Below are positions 1 through 7,532 of a DNA stretch of 64,000 nt, piece by piece; the stretch's first letter is position 1; each line of letters opens with the position of its first letter. Both the position numbers and the translations under genes were made by a program. The DNA is from Candidatus Aminicenantes bacterium (lineage in GTDB: Bacteria > Acidobacteriota > Aminicenantia > S016-38): contig JALSNJ010000040.1 of assembly GCA_026987025.1 (NCBI GenBank), forward strand, positions 16,451 to 80,450. The letters run 5' to 3'. Under the pieces are notes generated by a model. That model worked only from the letters and a program-made list of their open reading frames with translations. It did no database searches and was not told the DNA's origin.

Positions 1-373
1 TATTTTTAAGGAAGACGGAGAAGTTCCCGAGACCCGTGGGGGTAAAGCTTTGCTGAAGCGCCGAACGGCTGATTATGCTCACGCCTCTCCCCATCAGGAT
101 GAAGATAATGGAGGAAAAGGTCATGAGTCCTAGGCCTCCCAGCTGAAGAAGCCCGAGGATTACCAGCTGGCCGAAGAGGGTGAAGTCCTTCCCCGTGTCC
201 TTAACTATGAGTCCCGTGACGCAGACGGCGGAAGTTGAGGTAAAAAGGGCGTCAATGTAGGAAAGCCTTTCTCCCTTAGATGCGGCTGGCAGGGAAAGCA
301 GAATGGAGCCTATTAATATGGCCCCGGCGAAACTTATGAGGAGCAGCCTTTCAGGGGTTAATTTTTTCCTCAT
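1..373 (-). CDS. TrkH/KtrB-family K+ transporter subunit. Only the N-terminal ~124 aa are in the window; the gene runs off the 5' edge.
   Basis: Minus-strand translation from the ATG at 373..371 gives MRKKLTPERLLLISFAGAILIGSILLSLPAAS...LFTSTSAVCVTGL...QLGGLG, the typical TrkH/KtrB N-terminus. It makes an ATGA start/stop overlap with lepB. The ORF track omits it because it is open at the window edge. Confidence 0.7.
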   Translation of the reverse strand, partial: MRKKLTPERLLLISFAGAILIGSILLSLPAASKGERLSYIDALFTSTSAVCVTGLIVKDTGKDFTLFGQLVILGLLQLGGLGLMTFSSIIFILMGRGVSIISRSALQQSFTPTGLGNFSVFLKN

Positions 374-864
374 CTGAGCCACCTTATTCTGGATGGGGGC
401 CAGAAGACCGCCAGAGCCTTACCCTCAATGTAATCGGCAGGAACCAGCCACCCATATCTGCTGTCGTTGCTCACCTCTGAATTGTCTCCCAAAACGAAGA
501 AAAATCCAAGGGGAATTTTCTTTTTGAGTTTAGCCCAGGGCTGTAGCCGGAAACAGGGGCGCTCCAGGGAGGAGCCATTTACCCTGAGCTTCCCCCCGGA
601 AATTTCAATTTCCTCCCCTGGAAGGCCGGCCACCCTCTTTATAAAGCTCCTTCGGGGATTCCTGGGGTACAGAAAGACCACTATGTCGCACCTCCTTATT
701 TTCGGAGGGGGAAATCTGAGGACCAGGATCCTTTCCCCGGGGAATATGGTGGGCGTCATGCTGCGTCCCCGAACGATGAACTCCCCGAAAAAGAGCTGAT
801 TTATCAGGAGGAAAACTATGAAGGCCAGCAGGAGGTCTATGGCAATTTTCTTGAGAAACCTCAA
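370..864 (-). CDS. lepB: Signal peptidase I
   Basis: 164 aa with an N-terminal TM helix, an SMTPTI serine box and a GDNSEVSNDSRYGW C-terminal box. These are canonical LepB motifs. Confidence 0.9.
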   Translation of the reverse strand: MRFLKKIAIDLLLAFIVFLLINQLFFGEFIVRGRSMTPTIFPGERILVLRFPPPKIRRCDIVVFLYPRNPRRSFIKRVAGLPGEEIEISGGKLRVNGSSLERPCFRLQPWAKLKKKIPLGFFFVLGDNSEVSNDSRYGWLVPADYIEGKALAVFWPPSRIRWLR

Positions 865-871
865 ATAAATA

Positions 872-949
872 TGGCGGGGCCGACGGGATTTGAACCCGCG
901 ACCTCTGGCGTGACAGGCCAGCGCTCTAACCGGGTTGAGCTACGACCCC
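872..949 (-). tRNA. tRNA-Asp (GTC), CCA encoded
   Basis: The reverse complement folds as a cloverleaf. The acceptor is GGGGTCG/CGGCCCC, the anticodon loop is CTGTCAC, the T-loop is TTCAAAT, and a 3' GCCA is present. Length is 78 nt. Confidence 0.85.
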
Positions 950-957
950 GCTTAAAA

Positions 958-1029
958 TGGGCGGTAGAGGACTTGAACCTCTGGCCCCCGGCTTGTAAGG
1001 CCAGTGCTCTACCACTGAGCTAACCGCCC
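958..1029 (-). tRNA. tRNA-Val (TAC), CCA not encoded
   Basis: The reverse complement reads GGGCGGTTAGCTCAGTGGTAGAGCACTGGCCTTACAAGCCGG...ACCGCCCA. The anticodon loop is CTTACAA and the acceptor is GGGCGGT/ACCGCCC. Confidence 0.85.
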
Positions 1030-1062
1030 AATGGCTTATTTTATAAGAAACTCCTTCCTTTG

Positions 1063-1428
1063 TCAACCGACGGTCCGGGCCATTTCCTTGGCGCTTTTTT
1101 CCATCATAACCTTGGCCAGCCCCACATTTCCTTCCCTTGGTATGGCGGCCACCAGTATGTAGGGGGTTTCGGGGACGCTGTATATGAAGAAAACGGCCTT
1201 ACCGGATATAACCGAGAGGTTTTTGAAACCTCCGACCTCGGAGGGAAGATATGAGAGGGCTTTGGCTATTTCCCTGTATATAAAGGAATAAACCCTGGCT
1301 GCCTTTTCCGGGTCGTGGCCCGGAAGAAGGGTAACCACCGCCTCCTCCCTTTCCTTTTCAAAATCGTAAATTCCCACGGCCACGCCCTGGGGGATCTTTT
1401 TTATAAGCTGGGCAGCTATGTCCTGCAT
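1063..1428 (-). CDS. Roadblock/LC7 (MglB-like) domain protein
   Basis: 121 aa. The C-terminal half (GGFKNLSVISGKAVFFIYSVPETPYILVAAIPREGNVGLAKVMMEKSAKEM) fits the roadblock/LC7 profile. It is the last gene of the H-NOX operon. Confidence 0.65.
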   Translation of the reverse strand: MQDIAAQLIKKIPQGVAVGIYDFEKEREEAVVTLLPGHDPEKAARVYSFIYREIAKALSYLPSEVGGFKNLSVISGKAVFFIYSVPETPYILVAAIPREGNVGLAKVMMEKSAKEMARTVG

Positions 1429-1439
1429 TTCGCCCTCCT

Positions 1440-1808
1440 TTAAAGGGCCACTATCAGTTCCTTGGCCTTCTCCATGGAAGTTTTTATAAGGCCTATGGGG
1501 GTGGACTTGTCAAAGAAACCCACCATGCCGAAGGGGGCCTCCTTAAGGCTCAGGATAACTATCTGGGCGTTCTCGGTTTCTAAAATGGCCTCCTCTCAAA
1601 CTCCCCGTAGGCGGCCTTGGAGCGAATTTCTATTCCCTTCCTTATGGCCCTTATTATGTCCTGACTTACCGCGGTGGCCACTTCCGGGTCCAGCCCCTCC
1701 AATTTGGAGAGGGAATCCACCAAAAGACCCGCCTCGTCAAACACCCCCCCGCAATAAGTGTTGGGAGCTCTTTACATCACCCTTTCTCGGATTTCTTTCA
1801 CATCCAGT
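1440..1808 (-). pseudogene. Frameshifted Roadblock/LC7 paralog
   Basis: Three minus-strand frames together encode one roadblock-like protein:
- frame 0: ...GDVKSSQHLLRGGV*
- frame 2: VFDEAGLLVDSLSKLEGLDPEVATAVSQDIIRAIRKGIEIRSKAAYGEFERRPF*
- frame 0 again: EEAILETENAQIVILSLKEAPFGMVGFFDKSTPIGLIKTSMEKAKELIVAL*
The frame changes sit at a 7-C homopolymer (1744..1750) and near 1596. Behind the RBS only a short GTG mini-ORF (VKEIRERVM*) and an ATG-TGA pair are present, so there is no intact start. Confidence 0.6.
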
Positions 1809-1817
1809 TTTTCCTCC

Positions 1818-2342
1818 TTATTCAGGGAAGGTTATTCTAACCTCATCCTCTGATATTTGCTCCACCTGCAGGGGGGTTTTGTAGAACTTGCCTACCCCCT
1901 TGGCCAGCCCCATAAATATGGCCATGAGCTTTCGGGGGGACTTGTACTTCATTATAAGCACATTGGGGGCTTCCCAGCGGTACTCAAACCTGGGGGGATG
2001 GGCATTGGGAATGTTCTGGGTGGCCTTTCGGTGAATTTCGTCCATTTTGAGTAGCAGTTCCCTGGCACTGGTCACCCCCCGGTAATAGGGCTTATAGACC
2101 TTGGGCATGTAAACCGTCACCCAGTATTCGCCGAAGGCGTCGGCCACCTCCTCCGGGGACAGGTTCAGGGTTCTGGATATGGACTCCACCACCGCCAGAA
2201 CGGTCTCGTCCGGCACATCTTTCCGGACGGAGAAGGTGGTGGTGCGGGGAAGGCCGGCGTTTTCCAGAACATCCATCCATTTTTCCATGCCAAAGTTTTC
2301 CACTACCAGATCTTTGATGGCGTCAATGATCGCACCCTTCAC
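1818..2342 (-). CDS. hnoX: Stand-alone H-NOX (heme nitric oxide/oxygen binding) sensor domain protein
   Basis: 174 aa. It starts MKGAII like H-NOX domains. The proximal His context is MDEIH, followed by PPRF, a YKSPRK (Y-x-S-x-R heme-propionate) motif and GLAKGVGKFY. Overall it is collinear with Thermoanaerobacter H-NOX. Confidence 0.8.
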   Translation of the reverse strand: MKGAIIDAIKDLVVENFGMEKWMDVLENAGLPRTTTFSVRKDVPDETVLAVVESISRTLNLSPEEVADAFGEYWVTVYMPKVYKPYYRGVTSARELLLKMDEIHRKATQNIPNAHPPRFEYRWEAPNVLIMKYKSPRKLMAIFMGLAKGVGKFYKTPLQVEQISEDEVRITFPE

Positions 2343-2353
2343 AGCTCGCCTCC

Positions 2354-3478
2354 TTAAATCTCTCCCAGCTCCTTCAGGGTTTCCAGGAAGGCAAGTTCGT
2401 ACTTCTTCATAATAACCCTGGCCAGCCCGAGATTCCCCTTTCTGGTCATGGCCACTCCCTGATAGTGCTTTTCCCCCAGCTGCCTCACTAAAATGTAGGC
2501 CCTATCGGTGGTTACCAGGATGTCCTCCGTCTCTCCGACGATTTCTGGCCCCCCTAGCAGTTCTAAGGCCTTGTTGTTCTGCTTTAGAACCTCAGAATAG
2601 GCGGCCGATGCCACCGTGACATCAAAATTGGGGTCCGGTGAATAGGTGGCAATAGCAAGGCCTGAGTCAAAATTGACTATAGAAGTTCCTATTAATTCCG
2701 GAATTTCCCCCGCGGCCTTTTCAAGTAGTTCTTGCAATGTTGACATTTTATCACCTCCTTTAATAATCACCTCCAATTCCTCCTCTTCCTTGGTTTTGTC
2801 CTCGTCCCTGTGCCTGGCGGCCTCCAGGACGAGGTGCATAATGCTTTCCCCTATCCTTCCCTCCTCATCATCCCTGTAGGGCCGGGAGGTAAATACCCCT
2901 CCCTCCCAGTTCATCATCTCCATAAAGGCGTCTATTCCCTTTAAATCCTCGGTTTTGGCCCACATAACCCTTCCATCCTTTATCCCCATCTCCCCCTTCA
3001 GTCCTATGGAATTTTCCACCGAAAGGGTCAGGTCCTTGTTGTAAAACGAGAGAAATTGCAGGATGTCCACCAGCTCCAGGTCGCTCAGGGAAACATCAAA
3101 TCCCTTAGTCTGGAAAATTTTGCCTATGATTCTAAGGAGCTGATTGAGGGCCACGGGCTTTTCCAGGTAAAGCAATGCCCCGGATTTTTTGGCCTTTTCC
3201 TTGAAGAAAGGGGAACCGTAGGCGGTGATGAGGATAACCCTGGTTTGGGGGAGGTTTTCCCTGATCCAGAGCAGAAGGTCAAATCCGTCCTTTCCGGGTA
3301 GTTTTATGTCGGAGATCACCAGGTCCACGGGATGCTTTTTTAAAAACTCCACCGCCTCTTCGTAGCTGTATGCCCCGTGGCATTCAAGCTTCTTGCTCAG
3401 GAATTCCATCATGGAAAGGGTTATGTTGACCTCGTCGTCAACAATGAGGATTTCGGGCTTTTTCTTTTTCTTGGCCAT
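2354..3478 (-). CDS. Response regulator with REC + DUF4388 (PATAN) + C-terminal Roadblock/LC7 domains
   Basis: 374 aa. The N-terminus (MAKKKKKPEILIVDDE...VISDIKLPGKDG) is a CheY-like receiver with a phospho-Asp context. The middle (GFDVSLSDLELVDILQFLSFYNKDLTLSVEN...GRVMWAK...GIDAFMEMMNWEGGVFT) matches DUF4388. The C-terminus (GTSIVNFDSGLAIATY...AMTRKGNLGLARVIMKKYE) is roadblock-like. Confidence 0.75.
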   Translation of the reverse strand: MAKKKKKPEILIVDDEVNITLSMMEFLSKKLECHGAYSYEEAVEFLKKHPVDLVISDIKLPGKDGFDLLLWIRENLPQTRVILITAYGSPFFKEKAKKSGALLYLEKPVALNQLLRIIGKIFQTKGFDVSLSDLELVDILQFLSFYNKDLTLSVENSIGLKGEMGIKDGRVMWAKTEDLKGIDAFMEMMNWEGGVFTSRPYRDDEEGRIGESIMHLVLEAARHRDEDKTKEEEELEVIIKGGDKMSTLQELLEKAAGEIPELIGTSIVNFDSGLAIATYSPDPNFDVTVASAAYSEVLKQNNKALELLGGPEIVGETEDILVTTDRAYILVRQLGEKHYQGVAMTRKGNLGLARVIMKKYELAFLETLKELGEI

Positions 3479-3490
3479 CGTTTTATTTTG

Positions 3491-3506
3491 AGCAAAAAAT
3501 GTGCCA
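3491..3506 (-). promoter_or_regulatory. Sigma-54 (RpoN) -24/-12 promoter for the REC-DUF4388-Roadblock/H-NOX operon
   Basis: The minus strand reads TGGCACattttTTGCT, an 11/11 match to TGGCAC-N5-TTGCW. The GC of the -12 element is 12 nt upstream of the ATG at 3478, which predicts a leaderless transcript. Confidence 0.6.
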
Positions 3507-3561
3507 GAAAATACCCCATTTAAAACTTGATGTTTTCCAGGGGGGTGGTAAAATTTTTTCT

Positions 3562-4467
3562 ATGAAGGAAGCATTGCCCGTAAACCTGGTAGGTTTTTTT
3601 TGCGAATGGGAAGATAGGTTGACAGTTTTGCCGAAGGATTTCTCGGGGCTATTTCTTCCCAAAATGCAGGAGATATTGAAGGAAGTGGAGGGTGGAAAGA
3701 AAATTGTCAGCATAGGGAGCTGCAATTGGGAGGTTTTTGACTTCAGCAGCGAGGTGGGGGAGGGAGGGATTCATAGGCTTTTGATTTTCGTTCCATTAAA
3801 CCGGGAGATGACACACATATACTCCATGATAATTCACGAACTCAAGAACCCCATAGCAGCCATAAGGGCCATGGTTCAGGTTATGGAAACGGGCATAAAG
3901 GAGGGTGTTCAGGAAAGGGAGAAACTCCTTCAATACACCTCCCTGATCCTGGAGGAAATAGACAGGATGAACCGGATTCTTTCTTCCATAATGAAGCTGG
4001 CGAAGCCTAAAACAAGGTTTAGATTTAAATTTGACCTGGTGGAGGAGACGAAAAAGGCCATGGCCACATGGGGTCAGGAATTCAAGTCGCAGGGTATAAA
4101 GATGACCCTGATTACCAACCGGGAGAAAATATACTTCTTGGGAAATCCCGACGAGATCCATCAGATAATAAACAATCTTCTGAGGAACTCTAAAGAAGCC
4201 CTGGAGGGGGTAAAGGAACCCAGGGTGATTGTGGATATAACGGAGACACGGGGGGAAATTATAATGCGGGTAAAAGACAACGGCCGGGGCATGGAGCCGG
4301 AGGTTATGGAAAAGATTAAAACCTCCTTTTATTCCTCCAAACCCCAGGGCCTTGGGCTGGGTCTCTTCGTGGTAAAGAGCATCGTGGGAATGTACGGCGG
4401 AGAACTTAACATAAAATCGGAGGAAGGAAAGGGCTGCGAGATAACCCTGAGGTTTCCCAGAAGATGA
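3562..4467 (+). CDS. Cytoplasmic sensor histidine kinase (HisKA + HATPase_c)
   Basis: The H-box is HELKNPIAAIRAMVQV. The N-box and G-boxes are NLLRNSKEAL, DNGRGM and GLGLGLFVVKSIV. There are no TM segments. The start is ambiguous: the ORF track begins at 3499, but that ATG lies inside the divergent sigma-54 motif, so I prefer the ATG at 3562. Confidence 0.75.
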   Translation: MKEALPVNLVGFFCEWEDRLTVLPKDFSGLFLPKMQEILKEVEGGKKIVSIGSCNWEVFDFSSEVGEGGIHRLLIFVPLNREMTHIYSMIIHELKNPIAAIRAMVQVMETGIKEGVQEREKLLQYTSLILEEIDRMNRILSSIMKLAKPKTRFRFKFDLVEETKKAMATWGQEFKSQGIKMTLITNREKIYFLGNPDEIHQIINNLLRNSKEALEGVKEPRVIVDITETRGEIIMRVKDNGRGMEPEVMEKIKTSFYSSKPQGLGLGLFVVKSIVGMYGGELNIKSEEGKGCEITLRFPRR

Positions 4468-5699
4468 GCGACATCCTCATAGTGGAGGACGACCTGAACT
4501 TTGCGAAGGCGCTGGAGGATTATCTTTCAGCCAGGGGGTTTGAGGTGAAGGTAGTCCTCAACGGGAAAAAGGCCCTGGAAGTTGCCCGCAGCGAAACCCC
4601 TGAGATAGTTCTCCTGGACCTTTTTCTTCCGGATTATAGCGGTCTAGATCTGATACCAGAGCTTTCCTTAACCTCCTCCGTGGTGGTAATAACCGGGGCC
4701 GGGGAGGTGAGACTGGCGGTGGAGGCCATGAGAAGGGGAGCCTACGACTTCCTGGTTAAACCGGTAGATCTGGAGGCCTTAGCCCTGAAACTGGAAAGAT
4801 TTTTTCCGGTCAGGGTCGTGCACGGCTTAATTGGCAATTCCCCTGCCATGAGGAGGGTGGTAGAGGAGGCGAAATTGGCCTCCCGGGGGAGGGCCAGCGT
4901 GCTTATCCTGGGGGAGACAGGGGTGGGAAAGGAGGAGGTGGCCAGGGCAATATACCGTCTCTCAGGCAGAAGGGGAAAGTTCGTGGCGGTAAACGCTTCG
5001 GCCCTTCCTGAGCCCCTTTTTGAGTCGGAGCTTTTCGGCCACAGAAGGGGGGCCTTCACCGGAGCCACCTACGACAAAAAGGGCCTGCTGGAAGAGGCCC
5101 AGGGAGGGGTGTTCTACCTGGACGAAATTACGGAAATGCCCCTTCACCTTCAGGCCAAGCTCCTGAGGGTTCTGGAAACCAGAACTTTGAGAAGGTTGGG
5201 GGAGACCCGGGACAGGGAGGTGGAATTTAAATTTATCGCCTCATCCAATTTGAAAATGGAGGAATTGAAGGAAAGGCTCAGGGAGGACCTCTTTTACAGG
5301 ATTTCCACCTTTATAATTGAAATCCCCCCCCTCAGGGAGAGGAAGGAGGACATAATCCCTCTGGCTAAGCACTTCATAAGGGAATTCGGAAGGGAAAAGG
5401 GAATTTTCGGGATAAGCCCCCCGGCGGAAGAAATTCTCCTGAAGTATTCCTGGCCCGGCAATGTAAGGGAGCTTAGGAACGAGATAGAAAGGGCCTGCTT
5501 AGTGGCCAGCGGAAGGCAACTGGAACCCTCCCATTTCAGCGAGAGGATCAGGGGGGAGCACAGGATTCTTACCCTGGAAGAGATGGAAAGGGAATACATA
5601 AAAAAGGTTCTCCAGATCTGTGGGGGCAACAAAAGCAGGGCCGCTAAGCTTCTGGGAATTTCCCGTCCCACCCTGCGGAAAAAACTGAGCGAGGGCTGA
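4464..5699 (+). CDS. Sigma-54-dependent response regulator (NtrC family: REC + AAA+ sigma-54 activator + Fis-type HTH)
   Basis: 411 aa with a REC domain (VLLDLFLPD), a Walker A (GETGVGKE), ESELFGH, the GAFTGA loop and a C-terminal HTH (RAAKLLGISRPTLRKKL). It overlaps the HK stop by 4 bp. Confidence 0.9.
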   Translation: MSDILIVEDDLNFAKALEDYLSARGFEVKVVLNGKKALEVARSETPEIVLLDLFLPDYSGLDLIPELSLTSSVVVITGAGEVRLAVEAMRRGAYDFLVKPVDLEALALKLERFFPVRVVHGLIGNSPAMRRVVEEAKLASRGRASVLILGETGVGKEEVARAIYRLSGRRGKFVAVNASALPEPLFESELFGHRRGAFTGATYDKKGLLEEAQGGVFYLDEITEMPLHLQAKLLRVLETRTLRRLGETRDREVEFKFIASSNLKMEELKERLREDLFYRISTFIIEIPPLRERKEDIIPLAKHFIREFGREKGIFGISPPAEEILLKYSWPGNVRELRNEIERACLVASGRQLEPSHFSERIRGEHRILTLEEMEREYIKKVLQICGGNKSRAAKLLGISRPTLRKKLSEG

Positions 5700-5704
5700 G
5701 ATTG

Positions 5705-7060
5705 TCAGAGGAATATTTTCCCTGGATTGAGGATATTCTTTGGGTCAAGTAGGCGCTTTATCCCCTTCATTAATCGGTAGGATTCCTCCCCCAATTGTGC
5801 CCTGAGGAAGCTCGCCTTGGTAATCCCGATGCCGTGTTCCCCTGAGATGGCCCCTCCCTTTTTTATAACCCACAGGAAGAGCTCCTTTACCGCCTCCTCC
5901 GCCCTGGGTTTCTCCTCCTCCTCCACCATGAAGTTTACATGGAGGTTTCCGTCCCCCATGTGGCCGAAGACCACCACCATGATGGAGTGTTTTTTCCCCA
6001 AGGAATAAACGAAATCCACCGCCTGAGGAATCAAAGACCTCGGCACCACTATGTCCTCGTTTATCTTTATGGGCTTCAATCTGTTTATGGCCGGTGATAT
6101 GCTCCTTCTAAGTTTCCATACCTCCTCTTCCTGTTCTTCGTCCTCTGAAACCACCATGCTCACCGGGGAGTTTTCCTTCAAACATCGCTTTATCCTCTCC
6201 ATCTGGCTTTTTACGGAGAGTTCATCTCCATCCACCTGGATTATAAGGCTGGCCCCGGCTTTTATTTCAATTCCAAGGTAAGAAGAGGCTGCTTTGAGGC
6301 TCTCGCTATCCACGAATTCCAGGGCGGAAGGGAGAATTCCGCAGCTCAGAAGGGAGGTAGCGGCCAGGGATGCCTCCCTTACATTCCTGAAATCTGCCCT
6401 GAGGCTTCTCCTTAAAGGTGGGAGAGGGATTAACTTTAACCATGCCCTGGTGATGACCCCTAAGGTTCCTTCGCTTCCGATAAAAAGCCCCAGCAAATCG
6501 TAGCCCGCCACATTCTTTTGCAGACCCCTTCCCAGCTCTATGATTTCCCCGGAGGGGAGGACAACCCTGAGGCCCAGGACATAGTTTTTCGTAACTCCGT
6601 ATTTGAGGCACCTGGGGCCACCGGCATTCTCCGCTAAGTTTCCTCCAATGGTGGAGTTTTTCAGGGAGGCAGGATCCGGTGGATAAAAAAGGCCGTGCTT
6701 CTCCGCCTCCCTCTGGAGTTCCTCTGTGATGAGGCCGGGCTCCACCTCCGCCACCATGTCCTCCCCATGGATTTTTAAGTACCTCATGCGGCTTAAGGAG
6801 AGGACCAGGCCTCCCTCTATGGGAACAGCCCCTCCGGAAAAACCAGTTCCCGAACCCCTGGGTACTACAGGAAATTTATATTTATTGGCTAATTTTAAGG
6901 TCTCCGATATCTGGCGCTCATTCACAGGAAAGGCCACCGCATCGGGCCTTGCTTCTATCCTGGTGGCATCAGTGGAATAGGCTAAAAGGTGAGGAGGGTC
7001 TTCCCTTAGAGCCTTTCCGAATAGCTTTTTCAGGGCTTTTTTAGCCTGCTCTGGAATCAT
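5705..7060 (-). CDS. FAD-linked oxidase (GlcD / D-lactate dehydrogenase family)
   Basis: 451 aa with an FAD_binding_4 N-terminus (PVVPRGSGTGFSGGAVP) and an FAD-oxidase C-terminal domain. Confidence 0.8.
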   Translation of the reverse strand: MIPEQAKKALKKLFGKALREDPPHLLAYSTDATRIEARPDAVAFPVNERQISETLKLANKYKFPVVPRGSGTGFSGGAVPIEGGLVLSLSRMRYLKIHGEDMVAEVEPGLITEELQREAEKHGLFYPPDPASLKNSTIGGNLAENAGGPRCLKYGVTKNYVLGLRVVLPSGEIIELGRGLQKNVAGYDLLGLFIGSEGTLGVITRAWLKLIPLPPLRRSLRADFRNVREASLAATSLLSCGILPSALEFVDSESLKAASSYLGIEIKAGASLIIQVDGDELSVKSQMERIKRCLKENSPVSMVVSEDEEQEEEVWKLRRSISPAINRLKPIKINEDIVVPRSLIPQAVDFVYSLGKKHSIMVVVFGHMGDGNLHVNFMVEEEEKPRAEEAVKELFLWVIKKGGAISGEHGIGITKASFLRAQLGEESYRLMKGIKRLLDPKNILNPGKIFL

Positions 7061-7532
7061 GAAATTTTTTCTTCAGCTCCCTGTCCACCACTTCTGGAAC
7101 CAGTTCGGGGAGGCTTCCTCCCAGGCTGTAGATTTCCTTAACCAGCTTGGAACTCAGGAAGGAGTATTCCACCCTGGGCATCATGAAAATTATTTCTATG
7201 GAAGGGTTTAGCTTGAAGTTCATCAGGGCCATCTGGAATTCGTATTCAAAGTCGGATATGGCCCTCAGCCCCCTTATAATAACATCTGCCCTGGTCCTCC
7301 TGGCGTATTCCACCAGAAGCCCTCTGAAGGAACCCACCCTTATATTTGATTTTCCCCTGAATATTTCCCTTATCATATCAACCCTTTCTTCCACAGTGAA
7401 GAGAGGACTCTTGGATGGGTTTTCCAGGACCGCCACCTCCACTATGTCAAAGATTCTGCTGGCCCGCTCTAAAATGTCCACATGTCCATTGGTTATAGGA
7501 TCAAAGGACCCCGGATAAAGAGCCTTTTTCAT
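7041..7532 (-). CDS. coaD: Phosphopantetheine adenylyltransferase
   Basis: MKKALYPGSFDPITNGHVDILERA plus the ISDFEYEFQMALMN motif. Confidence 0.9.
   Translation of the reverse strand: MKKALYPGSFDPITNGHVDILERASRIFDIVEVAVLENPSKSPLFTVEERVDMIREIFRGKSNIRVGSFRGLLVEYARRTRADVIIRGLRAISDFEYEFQMALMNFKLNPSIEIIFMMPRVEYSFLSSKLVKEIYSLGGSLPELVPEVVDRELKKKFHDSRAG

Noticed and set aside
1063-3478. An MglA-like small GTPase partner for the Roadblock/PATAN proteins within the locus
   Set aside because: No P-loop GTPase ORF lies between 1 and 5700. The nearest GTPase is Era at 25859, which is unrelated. The absence within this window is itself reported as part of the first finding.
3499-3561. The ORF-track start (ATG at 3499) for the histidine kinase, giving the N-terminal extension MCQKIPHLKLDVFQGGGKIFS
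   Set aside because: That ATG is part of the TGGCAC element of the divergent sigma-54 promoter, and it has no RBS. The ATG at 3562 (MKEALPV) is preferred. This choice remains uncertain.
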